DNA from: Eutreptiella sp. 'Long Island Sound 2002'
Taxonomy: Eukaryota > Protista > Euglenida
DNA length: 64,000 nt
Assembly: GCA_964036045.1 (NCBI GenBank)
Contig: OZ038379.1
Location: 25,792,001-25,856,000 of the forward strand
Direction of reading: 5' to 3'
Numbering within the stretch: position 1 is the first letter of the stretch; every line of letters starts with the position of its first letter. This document shows positions 48,515 to 59,760 of the stretch, one piece after another. The notes beneath the pieces were generated by a model that did not search any database, had not been told where the DNA came from, and saw only the letters and a list, made by a program, of their open reading frames with translations. A program made the translations under genes and the position numbers.

Positions 48515-49656
48515 GCTGCTAAACCTGGTAGGTCCACCCTAGACACTAAAAAGGGTTATAAAACCAAGACTGGTTCCACCAGCTCGGTGACCCTAACCCT
48601 AACCCTAATCAAGACTGAATATTGGGACCGAGCTGGTGGGGGAGGGAACATCACCTATGACTGGTGAGGGACATCAAGAATGATTCACACATTGATGGCC
48701 ATTGAGAAAGTGAAATCAGCTTGCAAGTGAACCCCATCACCACAAGGCCCACTTTCAAGGCTTTTTGGACATCTGAGGGGCCAAAATGCCCCAAAATGGG
48801 CTCAAAATGGGCTCATAATGGGCTCATTTCACCCGTTTGTGCACCCCAAATGGTCTAGGATGATTTTTGGAAAAATGCGTTTTTGACCCATTTTTGACCC
48901 ATTTTAGGTCCCAAAACAGCCCATTTTCAAGGCATTTTGGGATTTTCGGAGGACCAAAATGGGCCACCACAAGCTCAAAACGGTCCAAAAACACTCGTTT
49001 TACCTTGGCACATGGTATAGGATCATTTTTGAGAAAAGTCATCTTTTTGCCCCTACTGGACCCTGTTGACCCATTTGGGCACCCACCTGTTTGGGCTTGA
49101 GCTTGTAGCTTGCCGCAGCCTAGTGGGCCTAGGTATGGGGGTCTAGGCGTCCGTCTGGGCAATTTTGAGGGATGGAAACCACAAAAAGTGGGGGGTTGCG
49201 GGTGGAGTAGGTGCCCTCGGAATCGCATTTTGAGCCATGTAGCCAAAGATATGGCGTGTTCTTGGTTTGTGGCTGTCGGCATTTGGAGGTTCTGGGGGCC
49301 TTTTTGGGCCGTTTCCGGGATGTATCATGGAGTTAGAGGGCCGCAAAGAGCTCGTTGACACGGGGAAGTCAAGCCGCACGTGGGATGTGCCCACCGCTTC
49401 CCTTCGTTTGGCCGTTTTGAATGTGTTCGAGGGCTGTTTGGGCCCAAAAATGACTGTTTTTGGCCCTAAACTGCAGTTTTTGAAACTGAGGTCCGCCACT
49501 TGCGAATCCCGTTCCCGGCCGCCACCGTTGAGTTTCTTGCTCAAACTTTGTGTGATTGTACTTCACACCCATAGGTATCATCCATCAAAATTTCATCCGA
49601 ATGTGAAGCACCACGACGGAGTTCTGATTTTGGCCCATTTCGCGCGTGCTGCTTGC

Positions 49657-49687
<31 letters not shown>

Positions 49688-49757
49688 AAACCTGGTAGGT
49701 CCACCCTAGACACTAAAAAGGGTTATAAAACCAAGACTGGTTCCACCAGCTCGGTGA
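47339..49757 (+). mobile_element. Head-to-tail dimer of a ~1.15-1.25-kb non-coding element
   Basis: Unit 1 (47339-48590) and unit 2 (48609-49757) align throughout; unit 1 has an extra internal ~110-bp duplication; 13-bp subterminal inverted motif ACCGAGCTGGTGG/CCACCAGCTCGGT. Confidence 0.9.
48591..48608. repeat. Interstitial telomeric repeat (CCCTAA)3
   Basis: Exact at the dimer junction; variant copies at 49758-49785 and a degenerate tract at about 47270-47338. Confidence 0.8.
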
Positions 49758-50529
49758 CCCTAACCCTAGCCCTAACCCTAGCCCTGGCTGGCAAATCACC
49801 TCACCTGGACCCCCCCCCCCCCACCCTCCCGGAGCCCCCCCCCATCGCCCCTCCTAGACCCCCCCCCTCCAATGCCCCCCCCCCCCCCCCCCCAAGGGGC
49901 CTCCGGCCAACAGTTAGTTGGGGGGGTAGTTGGCATCCAGAACCGAGGGGTCGCCCCCCCCGGGCCTCCGCCCCTTGTGCGACAGGGCCATGGCCCCCCC
50001 GGACACGCAAAAAGAAACGCAAAAAGAAACTGTGCCACAGTCATGCGTCCGGTAATTGGGGCTCCTGAGGCTCTTGGGGGCGTTGTAGGCCAGTCAGGGT
50101 CCGGTCCACACGCCGTACTGTCTGTCTGCCGGCCGGACAAGTCTGCCCTCACTTACAGATGGTTCGTGCAGTCGTACCGGGTGTATAGACCTGCTTCCCC
50201 TCACCCCCTGGCCCCCGCAGTGGAAGCGTCGCCATGTAGTGCCCCGGGCTGCAGGCTCAAAGACGTTTGGGTCCGTAGGCGGGAGTGGGACGAAAAGCAC
50301 ATCGGCAGGAGTGTACTGCGTTGCAGGAGGCGGAGGGGCCTTGGGGGGGGGGGGGGGGGCTCGAGAGTATTGACGGCCCTTCTCCAAGATGCGGTGCACG
50401 GGTCCTGCAGCCATGCCGACCGCAGCCGGAGATACCCGCTGCTGGGCTCGTTCAGGGCTGGGCGCCTCGCTGAGCTGAGCTGGTCTGGGGCGGGCTGCGT
50501 TCCCTGGTCTTGTGCTGCACATTGCCCAG

Positions 50530-52295
50530 GTCTTGTCCGCAAGGTCCATCCCCAAGTGTCCACTTGGATCCACTTCGACGGGCCGCTGGACCCGCACTGG
50601 GCCTGGGCCTGCACCCCCACCGCCATGGCCCCCATGCTGCCCCTGCTCTCCGGCGAGCAGCTCGCCCTCCCCCACACCCTCCGGTTCGTCATGGAGACCG
50701 ACAGCCTTGCCGACGCGGACCCCGGCCTCCTCTCCAAGGCCGCCTGCGTATACCTGCCCCCCACCCTCGCTGACCCCTCGGTGCTGGTGGAGGCCTGGCT
50801 GGCCCGCACCTTCCACTCTGACAGCCCCATCGCGTCCCTGCGGCTTTCACTCGGGCCGGTCGTGAGCCGGCTGCTGCCCCCCGTCATCGACTGGGTACTG
50901 GCGCGCCGGCACCTGCCGCCCAAGCCCAACCCCCGCGCCCTGACCGCCGAGTGCCTGCGGCTCCTGGGGCTTGTGCTGCAGTCGCTGATGGCGCAGCATC
51001 CGGCATTCCGCGCGCTGTCCGACGCGCACGCGGTCTACAGCGGCGGCGGCATGCCCGCGGGGCAGGACCCCGAGGAGGGGACGGAGCGGGGGGAGTGCCT
51101 CGAGCGCTCCGCCGTGTTCGCGATCGTGTGGGCCTGCGGCGGGCGGCTGCCGGTGTCCGAGCGCCCGCACTTCGACAAGTTCCTGCGGACGGAGATGCGC
51201 CCGGGCGCCGCGAAACCGGCCCCGGCCACTTTTGGGGACGCCGTTGCCACCAGCGGCCCGCCCTCCCTCCGGACCCCCGCCACCAGCGGCCCGGCGTCGC
51301 TGCGCGAGCCCGCGTCGGTCCGGTACCTGGCGTGTCCTGAGTCGGTGCGGAGCCCCGTCCGCGCCGCCCCTGGCGGGCGCGTCACGTACAATTTCCGAAC
51401 GGCGCTGCCGCCCGCAGCCCCTGGGGCGGAGACCGTGTTCCACTACACGCTCGACCCCCTGACCGGGGACTGGGCCCAGTGGTCGCCGGGTGCGGGCGGC
51501 GCGCCGGGGCACCTGCCGGGCAGCCCCCGCCGCCCCGTGCCCTGCGGCTCCCCCCGCGGCGTGCCCGGGGCCCTGTTCCCGCCCTCCGAAGGCCGCGTGG
51601 CCCTCAGCCAGGCCCAGGCCGCGCAGTTCGCCTGCCTCTTCTCCGCCGCCAAGTACCCGGTCCTCGTCTTAGGCCCCGCCGGGGGCGGTCCCGGCGACGT
51701 CCTCGGCGCCGTTGCCGCGTCCGCGGCGGGGCACGCGCACCGCGTCGCGCTGGCGCGGGGGTGCGATGCGCAGTGGCTGCGGCGGGCCCTTGCCGCGTGC
51801 CTCGCACGCTCGCAGGGAGACGCGGCGGCACGGCCGGTGACGTTCCTGCTGGACGACGTGCACGTGCTGGCCCCGAATGCGCGCGGCAGCGGGGCGGCCC
51901 CCTGGACCCCAGCCTCGGAGTACCTCCGGCAGTGGCTCGACACACGGGACTGGCCCGCAAAGACTCCCCCACACGGCTCCGCTGCCATCGCAGACGCCGC
52001 GTTGGTCGCGGCGGCGGCGGTTGCAGGGCCGGGTCAGGCCGGGCAGCAGCTACCGCCGCGCCTACTGCGGCACTGCCATGTGCTGCATGTTCCCCCGATG
52101 CCTGAGGATGAGGTCAAGGCGTTGTTGGCACAGAAGTTGGAGGGGGGCCCGGCGCCGGAGCTGATGAGTGTCGTGGACGCTAGCGTGCAGTTCTTGAGGT
52201 CGGTGAAGGCGCTGTGCCCGGCGACCCCCACGGCCCCGCACTACGCTTTCGGGCTTCGGACGTTGCTGCAGGTGTTTGAGCGGCTGCAGCGGCAG
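50530..52295 (+). CDS. Dynein heavy chain exon, AAA2-AAA3
   Basis: gcccag acceptor, phase 1; WIHFDGPLDPHW..LSGEQL..RFVMETDSL..; FAIVWACGG; PVLVLGPAG; FLLDDVH; LRQWLD; LPPRLLRH; PHYAFGLR; donor GTATGT. Confidence 0.95.
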
Positions 52296-54493
52296 GTATG
52301 TGTTTGTGACGGGGCCTGCCACAGGCACACGTTCTCCAACATGTCAAAGGGTAACCACCGCCTCAGTGCACGGCAACCAGCAATGTCCCGCCTGCTGATC
52401 GCCCTCCCGCCCCCTCCGGACGGCCTGACAACAACACCATTCCGGGGTACCCCTGCGGTCTGACAAGTGGGTGGGTGGGTGGGCAGTGGGGGCGCGGCGG
52501 AGTTGCAATGCGGGGCTGGGGCGGTGGGGGTCTGGGCCGGGGGGACCAGGGCCAAGGGACCAGGACCGTGTCTCAGTCACTCTGAAGTCTGGCGCCAAAT
52601 GCGCAGGAGACAGATTTGTCGCCTCACAAATGTGATAATCGCCGAACATTCTGTTTGCCACTGAGTCACACACCAATGGTCACGTTCCCGGACCCCCCCG
52701 CTGCGCCGACGCCACAAATGCCGTTTCCATTTCCTGTGAAATGGAAACGGTCAGCCCCGGGCCATTCCAGAGGGCCTTCAAGGCGTCTGATGCAGGGGGC
52801 CTTTACTTTGGCGCGCACATGAGCGCGGGGCAGCAGCACTAATCCATGCAGATCATGCCACGTCTGCGGGAAGTGGGCCTCACCGATCCGGGGCCACAAC
52901 GTTGCAATAGGCCTACCAGTCTTTTAGAGGGGGGGTGACACGTGCGCTTGAGCCCCATTGCCCTTTGGTCCTAATGGACTTGTCGCTGGGTACAGGGCCC
53001 AGGGGGCGTACGTGGGAGTGCTGGTAGACATGAGATCCGGGGATTGTGCGGTACACTAACGAGAGTTCTGCGATTTTGGGGGTTGTGTGTCGTTTGTGTG
53101 TGTCTTCTAGCTACATCTTAGATCACTGGAGGTTGGGTGTGGTCTATGGTTTGGCTCTGCGTGTGCGTGACTATGTTTGGCGTGTAGTGCGTAGTGTCGG
53201 TGCCGTATTTGATGGCCATCTGTTGCATTTTCATTCCGCCACGGTGTGGTTGCCCCACCTGCCCGCCCATGGGTGTCGTCGATGGGGCCACACCTTGGAC
53301 AGGGCCCGAGGCCACAAAATGCCCCCACCCCCCCAACACACATCAACATGGTTCCACTACAACAACATCACCAACCAGAGCACTCGGGGGCGGGGGGGTA
53401 ACCACCAACTATCTCCAAAAACCACTTTGGCACTTTTTGCCCGGTTTCTCTTGTAAAAATGGTGCAAACGCAGTGATCAGGGACAACCAGCCCGCATGGT
53501 ACACAGTCTTACTGGGGTTACACTGTAACAACATCACCCGCGACACGCTCTAGGCTGGCTACCATCAGAGTTCGACCGCAAGACCGCAAGAAACCACTTC
53601 ACACGCTGTCACCACTGAACAGCCTGAAAACAGCAATTTCGGGTTTGTTTGGGGGGTTGTACCCTTCAAATTCTTTCTATGCCACTGCACATGTACGCTT
53701 CACATTATTTCGGTGCCCCAACACCGACCAAACAGTGAGGTGCCACAGCAGTGTCCACTTTACTCAGTTCACACTGTGCCTTTGGTGGTTCCATGCTGCA
53801 TCACTCTGCTCTGCAGGGGTGTGTGACTAGCTGACAACCACAGGAGCCCCCCCCCCCCCCCCGTGCGACCACCAAGTTCCTGTGGGAAAGCAAAGAAATC
53901 TACTGATTACTGAAGGAAAACTTTATTTGGGCCACTTTTGGTACACAAAGCTTTGGGTCTAAGACCCTCCCCCCCTTGTCTTCTGATACGGGCTGCTGCT
54001 CTGGCACTCAGGGCCTCACCTGCAGCCAACACCCAGGCACGGCAGTCCCAAACAGCTCCACTCCCCCCCACCCCCGTCCCCCACGGAATTACCCGCCAAC
54101 CCCCCTCCCTTCCCCTTCGCATTCGCGTCCAGGACGGCACGTGCCCCCTCGGAATTGGAAGTTCCCGATTTACAGTTGTTTCTGATCAGCTCCCCATACC
54201 CCCCCCCCCCCTCTTCAACGCTCTTTTCTGGGTCTGAGGGGCCCGGAGGACGAGGCTGGATTGCGCCGCGCCTTCCGAACCGACCCACGGGGTGCCTTGT
54301 GCCCCCCAAAAGTCAGGCACACAATTTATTTGCAAACACTCAAAGCAGTGCGTACACCCACCGGCACACTCACGGAGCCTTCATGGCAAGCCCCCCTCCG
54401 AGCCCTTGCCTAAACAGCAAGTGTGGCGCCGAATGTGAGGCATGCACAAGGGCACAGCAACGGAAATGCTCCGCACGTTTTGTGCGGTTGCAG

Positions 54494-54871
54494 GTGCACA
54501 CTGACCTCCGGAGCCGGGCCGGTGCTGCCACGGGGACCATTGGACTCCGGACCGCTGATCACTCGTCCCCGGCGCAGTTCCTGCGGACGTGGTGGCATGA
54601 GACCGTCGGCGCTTTCTGTGACGCGCTCGTGACGGCGGAGGAGCGGAAGGCGGTGGTTGGTGCCCTGGCGCAGGCGGTGGGGCGTACGCTGCCGGTTGGC
54701 AGCCGCGAGGCACTGGGTCCGGCGCTGGAGGACGAAGAGGGGGGGCGGCGTTTCTTCGGGCCGTTTGCCGCATCGACCGGGTACCACGTCCTGAAGGACT
54801 TGGACGAGGCGAAGGAGCAGGTGCGGGTCCTCGTGGAGGGCTACAACTGCGCGCAGTCACTGCAGTCGGAG
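54494..54871 (+). CDS. Dynein heavy chain exon (AAA3 small subdomain)
   Basis: ttgcag acceptor; FLRTWWHETVGAFCDALVTAEER matches LxRLWxHExxRVFxDRLVxxEDR; donor GTATGT. Confidence 0.92.
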
Positions 54872-56077
54872 GTATGTGCCTCAAGATTTCAAATGTTGAT
54901 GTTTCGCATGTTTTCCTGTCCCCAGCGTGCGCACGCCGGTGGCTATGGCCGCACATGCACCGTTGCGCACGTCTCGGCTTCCTTACTGTGTGCGTCTGCG
55001 TGCATGGGCATGTACGGGTGTGTACATGGACATGGACAACAGAGGCATGGACCGCTTGGGATCGGCAGATATGGATCCCTCGTACGGTTGCACACAACGA
55101 GGCTTGATGCCTTTGTATGACCTTCACCACGAGTCTGGTTGTGTCACGGTGTCTCCGGCCGAGAATCGTGACAGCGCCGCCTTTGCGTGAGTCCGGCCTC
55201 GCCACGAGGGATACCATGAGATTCGGATCCGTCGCCCGGCGTGTTCTCTCCGGCGAAAATTCGTTGGCTCGTTGGCAACTCTTTCAAGAGATTTGCGGCG
55301 CTCGGGGGAGTCTGCTCGTCGTCCAATCGCCATTGCCCTCCCATGCGCACGCACAGGGGGAAGGTCCATTCCAGTGGGCTTCGGCGCTTAGACCAGGGGG
55401 CAGCCTGCACCCGACATTTTGCCACAGTTTCCGTGCTGAATGTGGACCCCCCGCCGTGCCCAATCGGCGACAACTTGAGCAGAAATGGGCTTTGCCGGGA
55501 GGCGGAGCATTGTCATGAGCAGAACTCTAACATGACCCAGCCGCCCTCTCCCCACTACACTGGGCTCATATCCGTGCAATCAGCTTCGCACTGACAAAAG
55601 TGCGGTCAGGAAAGCAGCCTCATGTCACCCACCCCATGACATCCACAAGCGCCTCTCCCCGTACCCCGTGCGCAGACAGCGGCAATGCGCGATGAACGCG
55701 AAGTGATTTTCCCGCGAGTATTGGGATCATGGATTTTGCGGTCCCATGTTTTGGTTGGGATAGACATGGGTTGGGCAATGGGTTGCAGGGCAGGACGGGG
55801 ATTGGGTTGTGTTGCTGTGCATTTGTGAGGTGTGACGGGGTGTGGGAGGCTGCCGCCATCTCCACATGGGCCATGCCGGGCACAGGGTCTGGGGGATGTG
55901 TTCCACAGGGTCGTGTGTGAACACCGGCCCTGTCCAGACAACACTGGGTGCTGCTTCCGAAACTTTTGGGGCCCTTGGCATTGGGTGCGCAAAGGGGGTG
56001 GGGGTGGGGGTGGGAGGCAGCGAACTACGTCACGTCAGCCTCGGGGGCAGGATGTCAGGTCTTCATGCGTTCTTCAG

Positions 56078-56521
56078 GAGCTGCACCCGGCAGTCGACCT
56101 CCACCTGCTGGACCGCTTGTGCAAGGCCCTCCAGGCGCTGCACCTCTTTCGGGGCCACCTGCTTCTGATTGACAGCAGCACCACCGCGTCGCTCGGCATC
56201 GCGCGCCTCACCGCCCATTTCATGGAGGCGGAGCTCTTCACATGGGCTCTGCCGCAGTCGCCGATGACCCCCGACGCTGTGGAGGTGTGGCGGGGCTGGA
56301 TGTGGGACGTGGTGCAGGCGGCGGTGGTGCAGGACATCAGCTGCGTCTTGGCAGTGGACATGGGAATGCTGGCCGCCCTGGGGCCTGCACCTTCGCACCT
56401 CCTGGGGCTTCTGCTGGATGCGGCCGCGGCTCCCTCGGCTGTGTACCCGCTCCTGGACAGCTTCGCGGCCGCTCAGGGCTACGAGGCGCTCCTGAACAAG
56501 CTCGACGCCATGGTGACGAAG
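56078..56521 (+). CDS. Dynein heavy chain exon, AAA4 (degenerate P-loop)
   Basis: ttcttcag acceptor; LLDRLCKALQALHLFRGHLLLI..IARLTAHF matches IxHxxRIxRxLxxPRGHxLLVG..LxRLAAF; donor GTCTGT. Confidence 0.88.
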
Positions 56522-57684
56522 GTCTGTCCTCACGCGTAGCATGCTCAACCTGGTGTTGGACTGCAAACAAAGACATGCATGCGCCCTCAGCGTTCATTCC
56601 GTGTTCTGTCTTCAAGACACACACTTCTGTTTTGCTGTTTGGTAAGCCCAAAGAAGCAGCGAGCGTACGAAGAGCAGAAGAGCAGAGGGGCAGTGTTTAC
56701 GTTCAGCCAAAATGAGCGAGATCTTGTGAAGAACAGCGAATGCTCGCACCGCAGACGATACCCCGTGCGACACCAGCAGCATCACAAGCAAATGTGCACA
56801 CAACACCCGTCTCATGCAGACTGATGAGCGTCCACTTATACCCAAATTCGCGGACCACCTCTGGGACGCCGCCGTTTCCGACCAGGAAGACTGCAATTCG
56901 GTGTGCATCATCGTACAGCTTCTGGCGGCATCGCCAAGTTGATACAGGCCATCCGCTCTCCCAGAAAACACTTCTCGTTGTCGTGCTCGCCGTCGTGCTC
57001 CCGTGTGGAATAGACTGTCCCTTATCTCCGCACTGGCCCACCAGCAAAACCCGCACCCGGTCAGCGGAAGTCAGGCCTTCGGCACGTCTTAGGCTGACAC
57101 TCCCCCGGTCTTGCAATACGGGAATTTAGGCAGGCCAGTCCAGTAGGTCTGCTGAGGGCCAGGTGCAGGTTACTGTTCTGTGGAGTCCGTCCCCCCCCCC
57201 CCCCCGGGGTCGGGGGGGGAACCGTCGTCCCTTTGGGGGGGGGGGGGGGGGGGGGCATGGACATGGGAGGGGGGGGGGGGCTTTTGTATCAGCTGTCGCC
57301 CACTCAAGGCCCAGGGTCTTGCACTTGAGGATCTCTGACACCTTGGCACTCAACAGGGCTGCTACTGCCCCTGGGTGAGCACAAACAATCCACTGACTGC
57401 TTTGTGTAGGCCCCCTGTGCCCCCAGTCAGGGCCATGAACGAACAGGGCTTTGTAGGCGTGTGTGCATGTGCATGTGTGGGGCTTCACTGCACTGGGGTC
57501 GCCCAGGGCCTGCAGGGGCCTGGTAGCCCCGAGTGGAGCGCAGGAGGACCCGAGACACCCTGACAGGCCTTCGGGGAAGGCGCTTCAGGTGCTGACAAGA
57601 CTGTTTTTGACACACTCCCGTCCCATCCCATCCCCTTCTCCCTCCCCCTCCCTCCCCCTCCCTCTCTCCCTCTCTGTCACTCAG

Positions 57685-58410
57685 GGCTCTCCCAAGAACA
57701 GTCCGCGGAGGTCCCGCTTGACCCAATCTAAGTCCGCATCCCCGACCAGCCCCCGTTCCCCAGCGAAGCGCCACAGCCCGTCGCCGCGGCGGCCTGCCGG
57801 ACCTGCCTCGCCTCGGCGGGCCGCGGCCCCGGAGGAGGTCATGAAAGCCGTGGCGGTGCTGGTGTCGGGTCGCTTGGCCGCCAACCTGCGGCTTTTTGGG
57901 ATCAGCAGCCACCATGATTCCGGGGATGTGGCCGCGCTGCTGCGGGCATGCCCTGTACTGGATCGAGCGCTGTGCGTTGTGTGGGTGCCGCGCCTGCTGC
58001 CGCGACACATTCTGACTGATATCGTGGCTTCGGCGCTGCTGGACGTGGAGTTGGATGGGACGCTGAGGCGTATTGCAGCGAGTGCCAACAATGCTAATGC
58101 GAAACGTAATATTGATGCTATAACTAATAACCACGCTGAGGGACTTGGGGCCGACAGTACCGCCAGTGCCGGAGGCAACACGGACGCTGATGCTGATGCC
58201 GGTGTCAGTGCTGGTGTCAGTGCTGGTGCTGGTGCGGATGCTGCATTACCCAGTGCCGATGGGCTCGTGGCCTGTATCACCGACGTGCATGTCCGGCTGG
58301 TGGCCGAGAGTGCCGCACTCCGTGAACAGGCTTTGGAAGTGGTGCAGGTCGGGACAGTGCATTTGCAACATTTCCTGCAATGCTTCCGTGAGATCTTGTC
58401 GGCCCAGCAG
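57685..58410 (+). CDS. Dynein heavy chain exon, AAA4 C-terminal part with low-complexity inserts
   Basis: Long polypyrimidine tract plus tcag acceptor, phase 0; ANLRLFGISS..LLRACPVL..VGTVHLQHFLQCFREIL matches NLHxVL..R.RxFPxL..TPxxYLxFxxxF; donor GT at 58411. Confidence 0.85.
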
Positions 58411-58989
58411 GTCTTGTGCTTGTGCAGCGCTGCCACCAACAGTCCACTGCCTGCGGTTCACGGTGTACCAACGTTGTGGCCACCCTCACCCCAAACCCCT
58501 GCGCCTTTTTTCACAGCGTGCACGAGAGGTTCCCCCTTGACTCTGTTCGAAAACGAGGCCTGAACGCTAAAGCAGTAGTGTCAGGCATTCTGTGCTTCGA
58601 CGTCATATGCACGTGATTCCAGCCGCCCCACCACCATCGTGTCAGGCATAAGTTGCTCAATTTTTTTGCTGCAGGTCGCATGCACTTTTTTGGGGGGGCG
58701 TAATTCGCGAAAAAAGTGAAAATGCTACGGGTATGCGACCTATGGCAACAAAATGGTATGTGACCCACGTTTTTTTGCGCGACTTACATAAAAAAGCAAA
58801 AGGTTAAACGGCCCACAGCCAAAAAAAGTGCACGTGACCTGCGCCGACCAAAGAAATACACGCGGCGTACATCCAAAAAAAAGTGCATGCGTGCTACGCC
58901 AAGAAACAAAAATGAGCGCAGCCAACCTTTCTCTAGTTTGAGAGGGCTTTGTGGCCACTTTGGATCCTCCCTGCTCTTTGGAACGCCGA

Positions 58990-59760
58990 GTCGGCACGGG
59001 TTTCATGGCCGCTTGGATTTTCCCCCATTTTTGGGGGTCCCCGAGACGGCAGGGGTTATGTAGTCATGTGGGCGCCCAAGATGGTAGGGGTATGCAGCCA
59101 CTTCTGATTTTGTCCCCACATTGGGGACCCTCAACACGGCAGGGGTTGTGTAGCCACCCTGCCCACATGTGGGCCCCCAAGACAGCAGGGGTGAGGTCCC
59201 CATTTTTGATTTCGTTCCCACGCTTAGCGTTGGGGACCCCGGAGACAACATGCGTTCTGTAGCCACTTTGCCCACATGTGGGCCCCCAAGAGGGCAGGGC
59301 CACCACATTTGTCCCGTGCTTAGCGCGTTTTTTCACCGGATGGGGGGCCTGTAAGCGCCACGTCACCAGGGACAGTGGGCCTGTAGGTGTGGGGGTGGGG
59401 CTGGGACTCAAACCTGTGTGCACCCAAAACTGTCTTGAAAAGTTCTGGTTCCTGCAAGCATTTTCTCCTACGCTTCGCGCCAATGACCCCCAAGACGGCA
59501 GGGGTTATGTAGCAATTTTGCCCACTCTTGGGTCCCATTGACGGTAGGGGCTAAGTAGCCATTTTGTTGATACCTAGGCCCCCGAGATAGCAGGGGTGAA
59601 GTAGCCACTTTTGATTTTGTCCCCGCGCTCAGCGCTATTATGTAGCCGTTTTGCCCACATGTGGGGCCCCGAGACGCAAGGGTTGGCCACGGAGACGGCA
59701 AAGGATGGCCACTTTGATTTCATCCCCCCCTTTAGGGGGGAAACTTGCCAAGAGTAGCCG
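58990..59760. repeat. Degenerate array of the 85-bp satellite family
   Basis: Recurrent cacttctgattttgtcccc..gacggcagggg..gtagcca..gcccacatgtgggcccc motifs. Confidence 0.85.

Noticed and set aside
49872-50529. N-terminal 219 aa of the 863-aa ORF
   Set aside because: It is repeat-derived intron that happens to be open. Dynein similarity and the phase-compatible acceptor begin at 50530.
56703-57116. 137-aa minus-strand ORF as a retroelement fragment
   Set aside because: No RT, integrase or other motif could be recognised.
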